From positions 360,001 through 392,000 of the forward strand of contig NC_007494.2 of NCBI RefSeq assembly GCF_000012905.2: 32,000 nt of DNA. The letters are read 5' to 3'. The notes under the pieces were generated by a model, which made no database searches, was not told the origin of the DNA, and saw only the letters and a list, made by a program, of their open reading frames with translations. This DNA is from Cereibacter sphaeroides 2.4.1 (lineage in GTDB: Bacteria > Pseudomonadota > Alphaproteobacteria > Rhodobacterales > Rhodobacteraceae). Every line of letters begins with the position of its first letter. Within the stretch, counting starts at the first letter, position 1. Below, one piece after another: positions 1 to 8,875 of this stretch. Position numbers and translations under genes: made by a program.

Positions 1-420
1 GACGCCGAGGCGGGACTGACGGCACTCGAGGCGGACCAGCGGACGCAGGCCGAGGCTCAGACCAAGGCGCGGGCGGAGGCAGAGGCCCGCCTCGCCGAAC
101 TCGCGCAGCGCGAAGAGGCGGCGCGGGCGCGACTCGCGGAGGTGGAGGCCGCCCCTCAACCGGCCGTGACGCCTGTCGTCGAAGCCCCCCCGGCGCCGCC
201 TGAGGCAGCACCGGCCAGAAGGCCCGCGCGGGATGCGGCCGTGGTCGCCGCGGCGCTGGCGGGCGCTCCGGGGATGCCCGCGCCGGGCAGCGCGCCGCAC
301 CAGAAGCTCGCGGGTCTGCTTCAAGCGGGCGTCTGCCCGGTCGATGCCCTCCGCACCGCGACGGGGACCGTCAACCGCCAGTCGCTCGTGGCCCTCGTCC
401 GATCCCTCGGCGGCTGCTGA
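1..420 (+). CDS. 3' part of a hypothetical Ala/Glu/Pro-rich (coiled-coil-like) protein; 5' end lies outside the window
   Basis: Frame 1 is open from base 1 to the TGA at 418-420, the same frame as track ORF 142..420. Codon position 3 is strongly G/C. No domain recognised. Confidence 0.45.
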   Translation, partial: DAEAGLTALEADQRTQAEAQTKARAEAEARLAELAQREEAARARLAEVEAAPQPAVTPVVEAPPAPPEAAPARRPARDAAVVAAALAGAPGMPAPGSAPHQKLAGLLQAGVCPVDALRTATGTVNRQSLVALVRSLGGC

Positions 421-453
421 GCCGTTCCCGATTCCGAAGCGCAGGAGGAACCC

Positions 454-1500
454 TTGCCCGTTATCAGACTGATCGCGATTGCCCTGTTGCTCGTGGGCCT
501 TCCGTCCCGGCTTCCCGCTCTGGAGGTCAACATGCTTACGGGAGGTCCGACCGGAACCTACATCCAGATCGGCCGCGACATCGCGAAGGCCGCCTCGGCC
601 TGCGGCATCGAGATGACCGTGCATGAAAGCGCGGGCTCGCTCGAGAATTTCCTCGGCGTCCGTCAGCGCCCGCGCACACAGTTCGGCATCGTCCAGTCGG
701 ATGTGCTCGAATATCTCAAGACCTTCGCCGCCGACGATCCCGAGGTGAGCCGCGCGATCTTCGGCGTCCGCATCGCCTTTCCGCTCTACGACGAGGAGGT
801 GCATCTTCTGGCGCGGAGGGAGATCGGCAGCCTGAAGGACCTCGACGGCAAGCGCGTCTCGATCGGGGTGGAGAATTCCGGCACCTTCCTCACCGCCTCG
901 CTCGTCCTCGACCTTGCAGAGGTCGCGCCCGGCGAGCGCAGGATGATGAACCAGGACGACTCGCTCAAGGCGCTGCTGGCCGGAGACATCGACGCCTTCT
1001 TCTATGTGGCCGGTGCGCCTGCAAAAATCTTCGCCTCGCCCGAGATCGACGGCGAGCGGTTCCATCTGGTGCCGGTGGCCGAAGAAGTGCTGCGGCAGGT
1101 CTACAAGCCCACCCAGATCCCCGCCGGCAGCTATCCGTTCCAGACAGGGCCGGTCGATGCCATCGCGGTCAAGGCCGTGCTGATGACCTACGGCTACGAT
1201 CCCAAGCGCAACGCCTATCACCGCGAAAGCTGCAAGGCGGTGTCGGACATCGCCCATGTGGTGAGCACCCATTTCCCCGAGCTCCAGCAATCGGGCCATC
1301 CCAAATGGAAGCAGGTGAACCTGACCGATCTGCCGGCGGGCTGGGACATCGGCGAATGCGTCAATGCGGGTCTGGAACCCGGCTATCGGCTTCCCTGCGA
1401 TCCGCCCGAGCCCGCGGTGGCCGCCCCTGCCGACGCCTCGGCCGAGAGCGAGGCGAACCGGGCCTACCGGCGGCAGATCTGCGCCGTGGTGGGCTGCTGA
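454..1500 (+). CDS. TAXI-family TRAP-type solute-binding protein (periplasmic), orphan
   Basis: TTG start preceded by AGGAGG at 443-448. N-terminal signal-like segment MPVIRLIAIALLLVGL. LTGGPTGTYIQIG and SAGSLENF motifs are typical of TAXI/NMT1-like binding proteins. No TRAP permease gene is adjacent. Confidence 0.7.
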   Translation: MPVIRLIAIALLLVGLPSRLPALEVNMLTGGPTGTYIQIGRDIAKAASACGIEMTVHESAGSLENFLGVRQRPRTQFGIVQSDVLEYLKTFAADDPEVSRAIFGVRIAFPLYDEEVHLLARREIGSLKDLDGKRVSIGVENSGTFLTASLVLDLAEVAPGERRMMNQDDSLKALLAGDIDAFFYVAGAPAKIFASPEIDGERFHLVPVAEEVLRQVYKPTQIPAGSYPFQTGPVDAIAVKAVLMTYGYDPKRNAYHRESCKAVSDIAHVVSTHFPELQQSGHPKWKQVNLTDLPAGWDIGECVNAGLEPGYRLPCDPPEPAVAAPADASAESEANRAYRRQICAVVGC

Positions 1501-1636
1501 TCCATCGGCGGGATCCGGCCGGGCCGGCCCCCGCCGCCACCGTTTTGACAGAGAATGCACGGCGCCTTGACGCGGCGTTGCGGGAGGCAGGCGACAAGGG
1601 AGGCGCCACACTCGCTCATCGTCACGAGGACCTGCC

Positions 1637-2392
1637 ATGTCCCGCCTTCCTCTCCTGCTTCTGTCAGTCCTTCTTGCCACACCTGCCGCGCAGGCCTCCG
1701 ACTGCCCGGATCTGGCGCTCGTGCTGGCGCTGGACAGTTCCCTGAGCATCGACCGGGCCGAATTCGCCCTGCAGGCCGAGGGCTATGCCGAGGCCTTCCG
1801 CAGCCCGGCCGTGCAGGCGGCGCTGGCCGCGGCGGGCACCGTGGATGTGGCGGCCGTCGTCTGGTCCGACGGTGCGGCCCCGCCGGCCCGCCTCGGCTGG
1901 CAGCGGATCGCCGCACCCGAGGATGCCCGGCGCCTTGCGGTGCGGCTGGCGGCGCTGGAGCGGGTCGCCCCGGGCCGGACCGGAGTGGGCGGGGGGCTTG
2001 CCGCCGCGCTGGAGATGCTCGCAGGGCACGGCTGTGCCGGTCGTCGCCTCGTGAACCTGTCGGGCGACGGCCGCGAGACGCTGGCGCCGCGCATGGGCCT
2101 CCGCGGGCAGCTCATGCGCGCCCGCGCCGAGGCCGAGGCTCTGGGCGCGACCGTCAACGCGCTGGCTGTGACCGACGAGGAGGCGGACCTGCCGGACTGG
2201 TTCCGGAGCCATGTGATCGTCGGCCCCGGCGCCTTCGTGATGGAAACGCGCGAGTTCCGAGGCTTCGCCGAAGCCGTCGCGCGCAAGCTCGTCCGCGAGA
2301 TCGCGCCTCCCGCGCTGGCCGCAGGCAGGCCCGGCCTCCCGCCCCACCGGCTGACCCCCGGCGGGAGGGATCATCCGGCGCGGCGCTCCTGA
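1637..2392 (+). CDS. DUF1194 domain protein (vWA-like fold), secreted
   Basis: Signal peptide MSRLPLLLLSVLLATPAAQA. LALVLALDSSLSIDRAEFALQAEGY (MIDAS-like DxSxS), SGDGRE and VIVGPGAFV...FAEAVARKLVREIA match the DUF1194 pattern as I recall it. Confidence 0.7.
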   Translation: MSRLPLLLLSVLLATPAAQASDCPDLALVLALDSSLSIDRAEFALQAEGYAEAFRSPAVQAALAAAGTVDVAAVVWSDGAAPPARLGWQRIAAPEDARRLAVRLAALERVAPGRTGVGGGLAAALEMLAGHGCAGRRLVNLSGDGRETLAPRMGLRGQLMRARAEAEALGATVNALAVTDEEADLPDWFRSHVIVGPGAFVMETREFRGFAEAVARKLVREIAPPALAAGRPGLPPHRLTPGGRDHPARRS

Positions 2393-2435
2393 GGCGGGGC
2401 TTGCACTTGCGCCCGGCCTGCCCGAGGGTGGCGCT

Positions 2436-3059
2436 TTGCCCGAGGGGTCCATGTCCCGACCGATCATCGCCATCCTGCGCGGCATCACGCCCGACGAAGT
2501 GGAACCCGTGGCCGCCTCGCTGATCGCCGCGGGCATCGACCGGATCGAAGTGCCGCTCAACTCGCCCGACGCTCTGGACAGCGTGAGGCGTCTCGTCGAC
2601 CGCTTCGGAGAGCGCGCGCTGATCGGGGCGGGGACGGTGCTGTCGCCCGAGGATGTGCTGCGCGTGGCGGGCCTCGGCGCACGGCTCGCGGTCTCGCCCG
2701 ACTGCAACGAGGAGGTCATCGCCGCCAGCAAGGCGCAGGGCCTCATCTCGGTGCCGGGCGTCTTCACGGCCACGGAGTGCTTCCGCGCAATCCGCGCCGG
2801 GGCGGACGGGCTGAAGCTCTTCCCGGCCTCGCTCGCGGGCCCGGCTGGTCTTCAGGCGCTGCGGGCGGTTCTGCCGTCCACGGTGCCTGTCTATGCGGTG
2901 GGTGGCACAGAGCCGGACTCCCTCGCCGTCTGGCAGAGGGCAGGGGCGGACGGGTTCGGCATCGGGACGGCGCTCTACCGGCCCGGTCGGGCGGCCTCCG
3001 ACGTGGCCGATCGCGCCCGCCGCCTCGTCGCGGCCTTCGACGCGGCCTACGGCGTCTGA
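2436..3059 (+). CDS. dgoA: 2-dehydro-3-deoxy-6-phosphogalactonate aldolase
   Basis: IIAILRGITPDE, IEVPLNSP, ALIGAGTVLSPEDV, KLFPA and VYAVGG are collinear with E. coli DgoA / the KDPG-aldolase family. Length is 207 aa. Confidence 0.85.
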   Translation: MPEGSMSRPIIAILRGITPDEVEPVAASLIAAGIDRIEVPLNSPDALDSVRRLVDRFGERALIGAGTVLSPEDVLRVAGLGARLAVSPDCNEEVIAASKAQGLISVPGVFTATECFRAIRAGADGLKLFPASLAGPAGLQALRAVLPSTVPVYAVGGTEPDSLAVWQRAGADGFGIGTALYRPGRAASDVADRARRLVAAFDAAYGV

Positions 3060-3218
3060 TCGCCCGCAGAATCTTTCACCGGGCCCCTCAAATATCCCGC
3101 TGCGCGGTCGTTCACAGTGCCGGACTGGGCACGGACCGGCCGTGCCTTCGAGGCAGGATGAGCGGATGCAGAGCAGGAGATACCGGATCGGCAGAACCGA
3201 TCGGGCGGAGGCAAGGCT

Positions 3219-3584
3219 ATGACGAAAACCGTCCTTGCGGTGGACGATTCGCCCTCGATCCGCTGCATGGTGGCGCTGACGCTGCGTGAGGCGGGCTACG
3301 AGGTGATCGAGGCGTCGGACGGGCAGGAGGCACTGGACCTCGCGCTCTCGCGGCCGGTCGACGCGATCCTGACCGACCAGAACATGCCGCGGCTCGACGG
3401 GCTGGGCTTCATTCGCGCCTTCCGCAGCCGCCCGGAAGGCAAGGGCACGCCCATCGTGTTCCTGTCGACCGAATCCGCCGACACATTGAAGGCGGAAGCG
3501 CGCGCCGCGGGGGCGCTTGGCTGGATGGTCAAGCCCTTCACGCAGGCTCAGCTTCTCGCGGTGATGAAGAAGCTTCTTGGCTGA
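3219..3584 (+). CDS. cheY: Single-domain CheY-like response regulator
   Basis: 121 aa receiver only, with acidic pocket VDDS, phospho-Asp context ILTDQNMP, LST and VKPF (conserved Thr/Lys). It lies directly upstream of an MCP gene. Confidence 0.85.
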   Translation: MTKTVLAVDDSPSIRCMVALTLREAGYEVIEASDGQEALDLALSRPVDAILTDQNMPRLDGLGFIRAFRSRPEGKGTPIVFLSTESADTLKAEARAAGALGWMVKPFTQAQLLAVMKKLLG

Positions 3585-3684
3585 CCTGGCTTTCGACCAG
3601 TGGGGGCAGAGTGTGTGGGTGCCCCGGTTCGCCCCAGTCCGGCAGAGGCCCTGAGGCCCGCCGGCTCTACAGGAAAGTACCGCC

Positions 3685-5289
3685 ATGAGACTCTCGATCC
3701 GCAACAAGCTGGGGGCGAGCTTTCTCGTCGTCTTCGCCATGGCGGGCACGACCAACCTTTATGCGCTCTACACGATCAACAGGCTGAACGACGACATGGC
3801 CATCCTCGTCACCCGCGATTTCGAGCGCGTGCGGCTGGCCGAGCGGCTGAATGCCGAGCAGCTGCGCATGAAAAGCGCGATTCGCGACCACATGCTCTCG
3901 CCCCCCGCCGGCAAGGCTGCCGAGAAGGCAGAGGTGGCTGCGGCGCGGGCGAATATGCGCGAAAGCTTCGATTCGCTCGTGGCGACGTCGCCGGAGGCGG
4001 ACCTGGCGGCGCTGGCCGAGTACGAGGATCTCTGGACCCAGTCGATCCGCGTCAACGACAAGGCCCTGCTCCTGTCGGAGGAGGGCCGGACCGAAGAGGC
4101 GCGCAAGCTCCTCTGGGGCGACTATTTCACCCGCCTGCAGGCCAGCCGGATGGAGATCATGGAGGGGCTGCGCGACCGGAGCCTCGTCGCGCTGAAGGCG
4201 ACCCAGGCCGAGGCGGCCGAGGCGCGTCGCCTGACGGTGCTGCTGATGGCGAGCTCCATCGCGGCGGGAACTCTGATCGCCTTCCTCGCGGCGGGCTGGC
4301 TGATCCTCTCGATCGGGCGCGGCCTCGGCCGGGCGCTGGCGCTGGCGCGGCGGGTGGCGGACGGGGACCTGACCGAGACGGCCGTGCTGCGGGGCAATGA
4401 CGAGATCACCGACCTTCTCCGCGCGCTCAATGCGATGGTGGTGCGGCTGCGCGATGTGGTGGGCCGCGTCACCGCCGCCGTGGGCGACGTGGCCTCGGGC
4501 AGTGCCGAGGTCGCCGCCACGTCCGAGCAGTTGAGCCAGGGCGCGAGCGAACAGGCGGCCGCGACCGTGCAGGCCTCGGCCTCCGTCGAGGAAATCGCCG
4601 CAACTGTCCGGCAGAGTGCGGAAAATTCCGGCCAGACCGAGCGGATGGCGCGGTCTTCGGCCGAAGCGGCCCGGCAGAGCGGCGCGGCCGTCTCGGATGC
4701 CGTATCGGCGATGCGCGGCATCGCCGAGCGGATCCATGTCGTGCAGGAGATCGCCCGCCAGACGGACCTTCTGGCGCTGAATGCCGCGGTCGAGGCGGCG
4801 CGGGCGGGCGAGCACGGGCGGGGCTTTGCCGTGGTGGCCACGGAGGTCCGCCGGCTGGCGGAGCGGAGCCAGGCCGCCGCGGCCGAGATCTCGGATCTGT
4901 CCTCCGCCACCGCGCGCTCGGCGGTGGCCGCGGGCGGGATGATCGAAAACCTCGTGCCCGACATCGCGCGGACGGCCGACCTTGTTTCCGACATTTCTTC
5001 GGCTTCGCAAGAGCTTGCGGCGGGTGCTTCACAAGTGAGCCAGGCCCTTCACCAGCTCGATACGGTGACGCAGCAGAACACGGCCGCGGCGAGCGAGCTT
5101 TCGGGCCGGGCCGCGGATCTGTCGGAACGGTCGGAGGATCTGCGCGCGGCCGTCAGCTACTTCCGCACCGGCGGTCCCGCGGTGCAGGCGCCGCTCAAGG
5201 CCGAGAGAACGACCCTGATGCAGAGGGACTCCGATGCACGGCTTGAGGAGGATCTGGACGCGGCCTTCGCGCGAGCGCGCGTCGCGTGA
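3685..5289 (+). CDS. Methyl-accepting chemotaxis protein (two TM segments, 4HB-like sensor, HAMP, signalling domain)
   Basis: N-terminal TM, a second [30 protein letters not shown], and a HAMP domain. The conserved hairpin tip [41 protein letters not shown] is present. AGGAAAG lies upstream of the ATG. Confidence 0.9.
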   Translation: MRLSIRNKLGASFLVVFAMAGTTNLYALYTINRLNDDMAILVTRDFERVRLAERLNAEQLRMKSAIRDHMLSPPAGKAAEKAEVAAARANMRESFDSLVATSPEADLAALAEYEDLWTQSIRVNDKALLLSEEGRTEEARKLLWGDYFTRLQASRMEIMEGLRDRSLVALKATQAEAAEARRLTVLLMASSIAAGTLIAFLAAGWLILSIGRGLGRALALARRVADGDLTETAVLRGNDEITDLLRALNAMVVRLRDVVGRVTAAVGDVASGSAEVAATSEQLSQGASEQAAATVQASASVEEIAATVRQSAENSGQTERMARSSAEAARQSGAAVSDAVSAMRGIAERIHVVQEIARQTDLLALNAAVEAARAGEHGRGFAVVATEVRRLAERSQAAAAEISDLSSATARSAVAAGGMIENLVPDIARTADLVSDISSASQELAAGASQVSQALHQLDTVTQQNTAAASELSGRAADLSERSEDLRAAVSYFRTGGPAVQAPLKAERTTLMQRDSDARLEEDLDAAFARARVA

Positions 5290-5322
5290 GCATCAGGGCG
5301 CGGCTCCGCCGCGCCGGAAGTG

Positions 5323-5619
5323 TCAGCTGAAGACCAGCAGGATCGCGATCAGCACCGAGGCCGCGACGAAGACCGATCCCATGAGCGAGAGCAGCACGCG
5401 TTCCGGGGTAAGCTGGTCCTCGGGGACATCGACCTTCGGCTCCCAGAACGAGGGACCGGGCTGCCAGTTCTCGAACCGGTAGCTTGCGAGCGGGCGAACC
5501 TGCGCCACGGTCTTCCCCATCACCCCCGGCCGGGATCCGTTCGAGACGTTGCGAAAACCGGTCATCATCCGATCCTGATCGGCATGGTCGCGGGCAGGGG
5601 CACTTGCATCATTTCGCAT
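5323..5619 (-). CDS. Small hypothetical protein with C-terminal transmembrane anchor
   Basis: The ORF ends in the hydrophobic segment VLLSLMGSVFVAASVLIAILLVF. Start is uncertain: the internal ATG ATG at 5568/5565 has AGGA 4 nt upstream and would give ~81 aa. No family recognised. Confidence 0.4.
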   Translation of the reverse strand: MRNDASAPARDHADQDRMMTGFRNVSNGSRPGVMGKTVAQVRPLASYRFENWQPGPSFWEPKVDVPEDQLTPERVLLSLMGSVFVAASVLIAILLVFS

Positions 5620-5843
5620 GGGTTCTACAGCACCAGTTCGTCTTCCGGCAGTATCAACTAAAGGTTGTAACCCGTCTATACTTTAGCGATAGAGTTTCAT
5701 TAAGATACAATCAAGCGGGATTGTTCCTTCGAGACTGGAACACCGTCAAAAGTGTGGGATATGGTCATTTTGACACAGTCCCTGCTTGCGTTGCCCCTTG
5801 CCCAGCCTAGTTTTTCGCCAGTTTCGAAACGAGTGTTCCGATC

Positions 5844-7199
5844 ATGTCCTCCTCCCGTCCCGACCCCCGCGCCCTGCCGGTCCCGAGTGGCCGAATTTCC
5901 CGTCTTGCGCGATTTGGCAGCCTCGCCTCGGGCGTAGCCGGCAACGTGGCGTTGCAGGGCGCGCGCCAGCTCGCCCAGGGCAGGCGGCCCACGATGAGCG
6001 AGCTGATCCTGACTCCGGCCAATGTCGCGCGGCTGGCGGAAGAGCTCGCCCGGATGCGCGGCGCGGCCATGAAGATGGGTCAGCTCCTGTCGATGGATGC
6101 CGGCGAGATGCTGCCGCCCGAGCTTGCCGCAATTCTGGCGCGGCTCCGGGCGGATGCGCATTACATGCCGCCCCAGCAACTGCGCAGCGTCCTGACCGCA
6201 GCCTGGGGACCCGACTGGCAGCGCCGCTTCCGCAGCTTCAACGTCCGCCCGATTGCCGCCGCCTCCATCGGGCAGGTCCATCGCGCGATGACGAAGGACG
6301 GCGAGGACCTCGCCATCAAGGTGCAATATCCCGGCGTGCGGCGCTCGATCGACAGCGACGTGGACAATGTGGCCGCCCTGCTGCGCCTGTCGGGTCTGGT
6401 GCCGAAGGGGCTCGACGTGGCGGCGATGCTGGCCGAGGCCAAGCGGCAACTCCACGAGGAGGCCGATTACGGGCGGGAGGGGCGCTGTCTCGCGCGGTTC
6501 GGCGCCCTGCTGGCGGAATCGCCTGACTTCTGCGTGCCCCGGCTGCACGAGGCGCTGACCACGCCCGATGTGCTGGCGATGAGCCATGTGGCGGGGCAAC
6601 CGGTCGAGGATCTGGCGGAGGCGCCGCAGGACCTGCGCGACCGCGTGATGACGCTTCTGATCGGCCTCATGTTCCGCGAGCTGTTCGACTTCGGCCTGAT
6701 GCAGACCGACCCGAACTTCGCCAACTACCGCCACGATGCCGCGACCGGGCAGGTGGTTCTGCTCGACTTCGGCGCCACCCGCGATATCGACCCCGGCATG
6801 GCAGACGGTTACCGGCGGCTCCTGCGCGCGGGCCTCGCGGGCGACCTGCCGGCATCGGAGGCGGAGATGCGGGCGCTCGGCTTCCTGTCGGATGCGGTGC
6901 CGCCGGACCTCCGCGCCCTGATGATGCGGATGTTCGAGATCTCGATGGAACCTCTGCGGGCGCCGATCTTCGACTTCGGCGCGAACGACATGGCGCTGCG
7001 GTTGCGCGACCTCGGGATGGAGATCGGAGAGCGGCGCGAGATCCATCATCTGCCGCCGGTCGAGACCTTCTATATCCAGCGCAAGTTCGGCGGCATGTAT
7101 CTGCTGGCCAGCCGCCTTCGCGCCCGGGTCGCCATCCGCGATCTGATTTATCCTCATATAAACGATGGGTTGAACGAAGTAACTTCAGGCAGCGCGTGA
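5844..7199 (+). CDS. ABC1/AarF/UbiB-family atypical kinase-like protein
   Basis: AAASIGQVHRA and LAIKVQYPGV motifs are present, QTDPNFANY lies in the catalytic-loop region, and LLDFG is DFG-like. Length is 451 aa. Confidence 0.85.
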   Translation: MSSSRPDPRALPVPSGRISRLARFGSLASGVAGNVALQGARQLAQGRRPTMSELILTPANVARLAEELARMRGAAMKMGQLLSMDAGEMLPPELAAILARLRADAHYMPPQQLRSVLTAAWGPDWQRRFRSFNVRPIAAASIGQVHRAMTKDGEDLAIKVQYPGVRRSIDSDVDNVAALLRLSGLVPKGLDVAAMLAEAKRQLHEEADYGREGRCLARFGALLAESPDFCVPRLHEALTTPDVLAMSHVAGQPVEDLAEAPQDLRDRVMTLLIGLMFRELFDFGLMQTDPNFANYRHDAATGQVVLLDFGATRDIDPGMADGYRRLLRAGLAGDLPASEAEMRALGFLSDAVPPDLRALMMRMFEISMEPLRAPIFDFGANDMALRLRDLGMEIGERREIHHLPPVETFYIQRKFGGMYLLASRLRARVAIRDLIYPHINDGLNEVTSGSA

Positions 7200-7210
7200 C
7201 GTCATGAGCA

Positions 7211-7242
7211 GCGCCCGCGTGACCTTGTCACACGACGGGCGC
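7211..7242 (+). terminator. GC-rich nested hairpin downstream of the ABC1 kinase gene (possible terminator)
   Basis: GCGCCCG-c-GTGAC-ctt-GTCAC-acga-CGGGCGC begins 12 nt after the stop codon. No clear U-tract follows. Confidence 0.3.
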
Positions 7243-7310
7243 GGCGATGGGGCCTATGGTCGGCGCGCCGCGGCCCTCTGCCGCGGACCGTTCAGCAAGA
7301 GTGACCTGCC

Positions 7311-7823
7311 ATGTTCCATCTGCGCCTGCTTCTGATGCTGCTGCCGCTGTGCGCCCCTCTCGCCGCCACCGCGCAACCGATTCCCTTCCATCCCGACCGG
7401 ACCCTGGACTGCCTCTCGGACAAGAAGACCGCCACCGAAGGGGCGGCCTGCATCGGCCTTGCCGCCGACCTCTGCCGCCGCGAGACGCGGGGCGCGACCG
7501 AGGTCGAGGAAGCGGCCTGTGTGGCGGCCGAGGCCAACTGGTGGCGCGACCGGATGACGGCCGCCTATGAAGCCGCGCAGAAGGAGGCGAAGCTACGGGA
7601 TGTGGAGTTCGCCAAGGCGATATCGCAGGGCGCGCCCCGCATGACCGACGATCTGGCGGCGATGCAGCAGGCCTGGACCGACTGGAGCGAGAAGCGGTGC
7701 TTCTTCGAGGCCGCCCGCCGGCGCGGCAAGCCCGACCGCATGGTGGTGGCCTCGGACTGCCTCATGCGCCGGACCGCCGAAGAGGCCCTGCTTCTGGAGG
7801 AAGCTGCCGGCCGGAAGCGTTGA
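7311..7823 (+). CDS. DUF1311 / LprI-like (lysozyme-inhibitor family) secreted protein
   Basis: Signal peptide MFHLRLLLMLLPLCAPLAATA, paired Cys residues, and a QQAWTDWSEKRCFFEA motif typical of DUF1311. Confidence 0.6.
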   Translation: MFHLRLLLMLLPLCAPLAATAQPIPFHPDRTLDCLSDKKTATEGAACIGLAADLCRRETRGATEVEEAACVAAEANWWRDRMTAAYEAAQKEAKLRDVEFAKAISQGAPRMTDDLAAMQQAWTDWSEKRCFFEAARRRGKPDRMVVASDCLMRRTAEEALLLEEAAGRKR

Positions 7824-8074
7824 GCCTGCGTCAGCCTGTCGCCCGCCAGCTTGCCCTCGATCAATGTACGCGCGGTGCATCTTTATAATCTGGCGCCACC
7901 CGGATGACGAAGGTGCCTGCGCCAGAAGGCACGTCCGGTCAGGCACCGGCAGAGGTGCGACTTGTCCCCAAACCTCTGTCGGTGTCGTCATCGCCTCACG
8001 ATCCGCTGCGCAGGGCGAGGCTTGCCAGACCGCGGAAAGGCGGGTTTCCTAGGGTTGGCCGGCAGGGGGACGCC

Positions 8075-8335
8075 ATGGAGATCCGTCTCGAGAAGATCGA
8101 TCCAGAGAGCAACTGCTTCCGGTTCTACCTTATCCGCTGCGAGCCCGACCTGTTCGGGGGCGCGGCGCTGGTTCTGCAGTGGGGACGGATCGGCGGGGCA
8201 GGGCGCACGGACATCCGCGCCTCGGGCTCGCCCGAGCGTGTCCGGGAGATCTGCGAACGGATGGTGCAGAGGAAGCTCCGGCGAGGCTATGCCGTCGCCG
8301 GAGCGGGGCTTATGCCGGGCGCCGCAGTGCCATGA
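8075..8335 (+). CDS. Stand-alone WGR-domain protein (86 aa)
   Basis: NCFRFYLIRCEPDLFGGAALVLQWGRIGGAGR ... KLRRGY is a textbook WGR signature. The ATG at 8075 with GGGGGA upstream is preferred over the track start at 7904, whose N-terminal extension is low complexity. Confidence 0.75.
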   Translation: MEIRLEKIDPESNCFRFYLIRCEPDLFGGAALVLQWGRIGGAGRTDIRASGSPERVREICERMVQRKLRRGYAVAGAGLMPGAAVP

Positions 8336-8633
8336 CGCAGCGGACCGGGATGTGGAAGTAGCGCCCGATCTGGGCGTCCGTGAGGCCGAGATCGGTGAGC
8401 GTATCGATCACCCGATCGGGCGAGGGCGCCATCAGCACCTGCGCGCAGAGGCAGGCCATATGGCCGCGGGCGTCCAGTTCATCCTGACCGGGGCAGAGGC
8501 CGGTCGCCTTCCAGATGCAGCTCGTTTCATCGGGCTCTGCCGAACGGACGGCCTCGTCACGGGTCGATGGGGGCGGAGCGGTCCTGCGGCTGCGGAACAG
8601 GGCCCGGCGCCGTTCGGTCGTTTCGGTTATCAT
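8310..8633 (-). CDS. Hypothetical 107 aa Cys-containing protein with a possible C-terminal HTH
   Basis: This is the C-terminal part of track ORF 8310..9836. The ATG at 8633 is preceded by GAGGAGGA. C-terminal LGLTDAQIGRYFHIPVRCVMALRR is HTH-like, and a Cys/His cluster CIWKATGLCPGQ...HMACLC is present. The 3' end overlaps the WGR gene by 26 nt, convergently. Confidence 0.45.
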   Translation of the reverse strand: MITETTERRRALFRSRRTAPPPSTRDEAVRSAEPDETSCIWKATGLCPGQDELDARGHMACLCAQVLMAPSPDRVIDTLTDLGLTDAQIGRYFHIPVRCVMALRRPA

Positions 8634-8875
8634 GGGGCAGTCCTCCTCTTCCTGCACCATTGCCGCCTGAGCGACAGGCTGAAGTCTCGCCGTTACCTGA
8701 CCGAAGTCAATCTTCATCTGCGTGACGGCCGGATGGCTATCGCACAGGCTTGTAAACTTTTTCCTAACAAGCGGCTGTTTTACCGTCCTGTGCCGGCCAG
8801 CCTCCGCGCGGGGATCCGGGCAGGAAATCTGCCGGCACCGGCGCGGCGCCCCGAGACCGATGCGCCAGCGACGGT

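Noticed and set aside
400-1500. Both the partial upstream protein and the TAXI protein end in Gly-Cys (..SLGGC, ..AVVGC)
   Set aside because: Two occurrences of a two-residue C-terminal match could easily be chance. I know of no motif that this corresponds to.
5700-7157. 485 aa minus-strand ORF
   Set aside because: It is antisense to the ABC1-family kinase gene, which has the AAASIGQVH motif, and its translation is Arg/His-rich.
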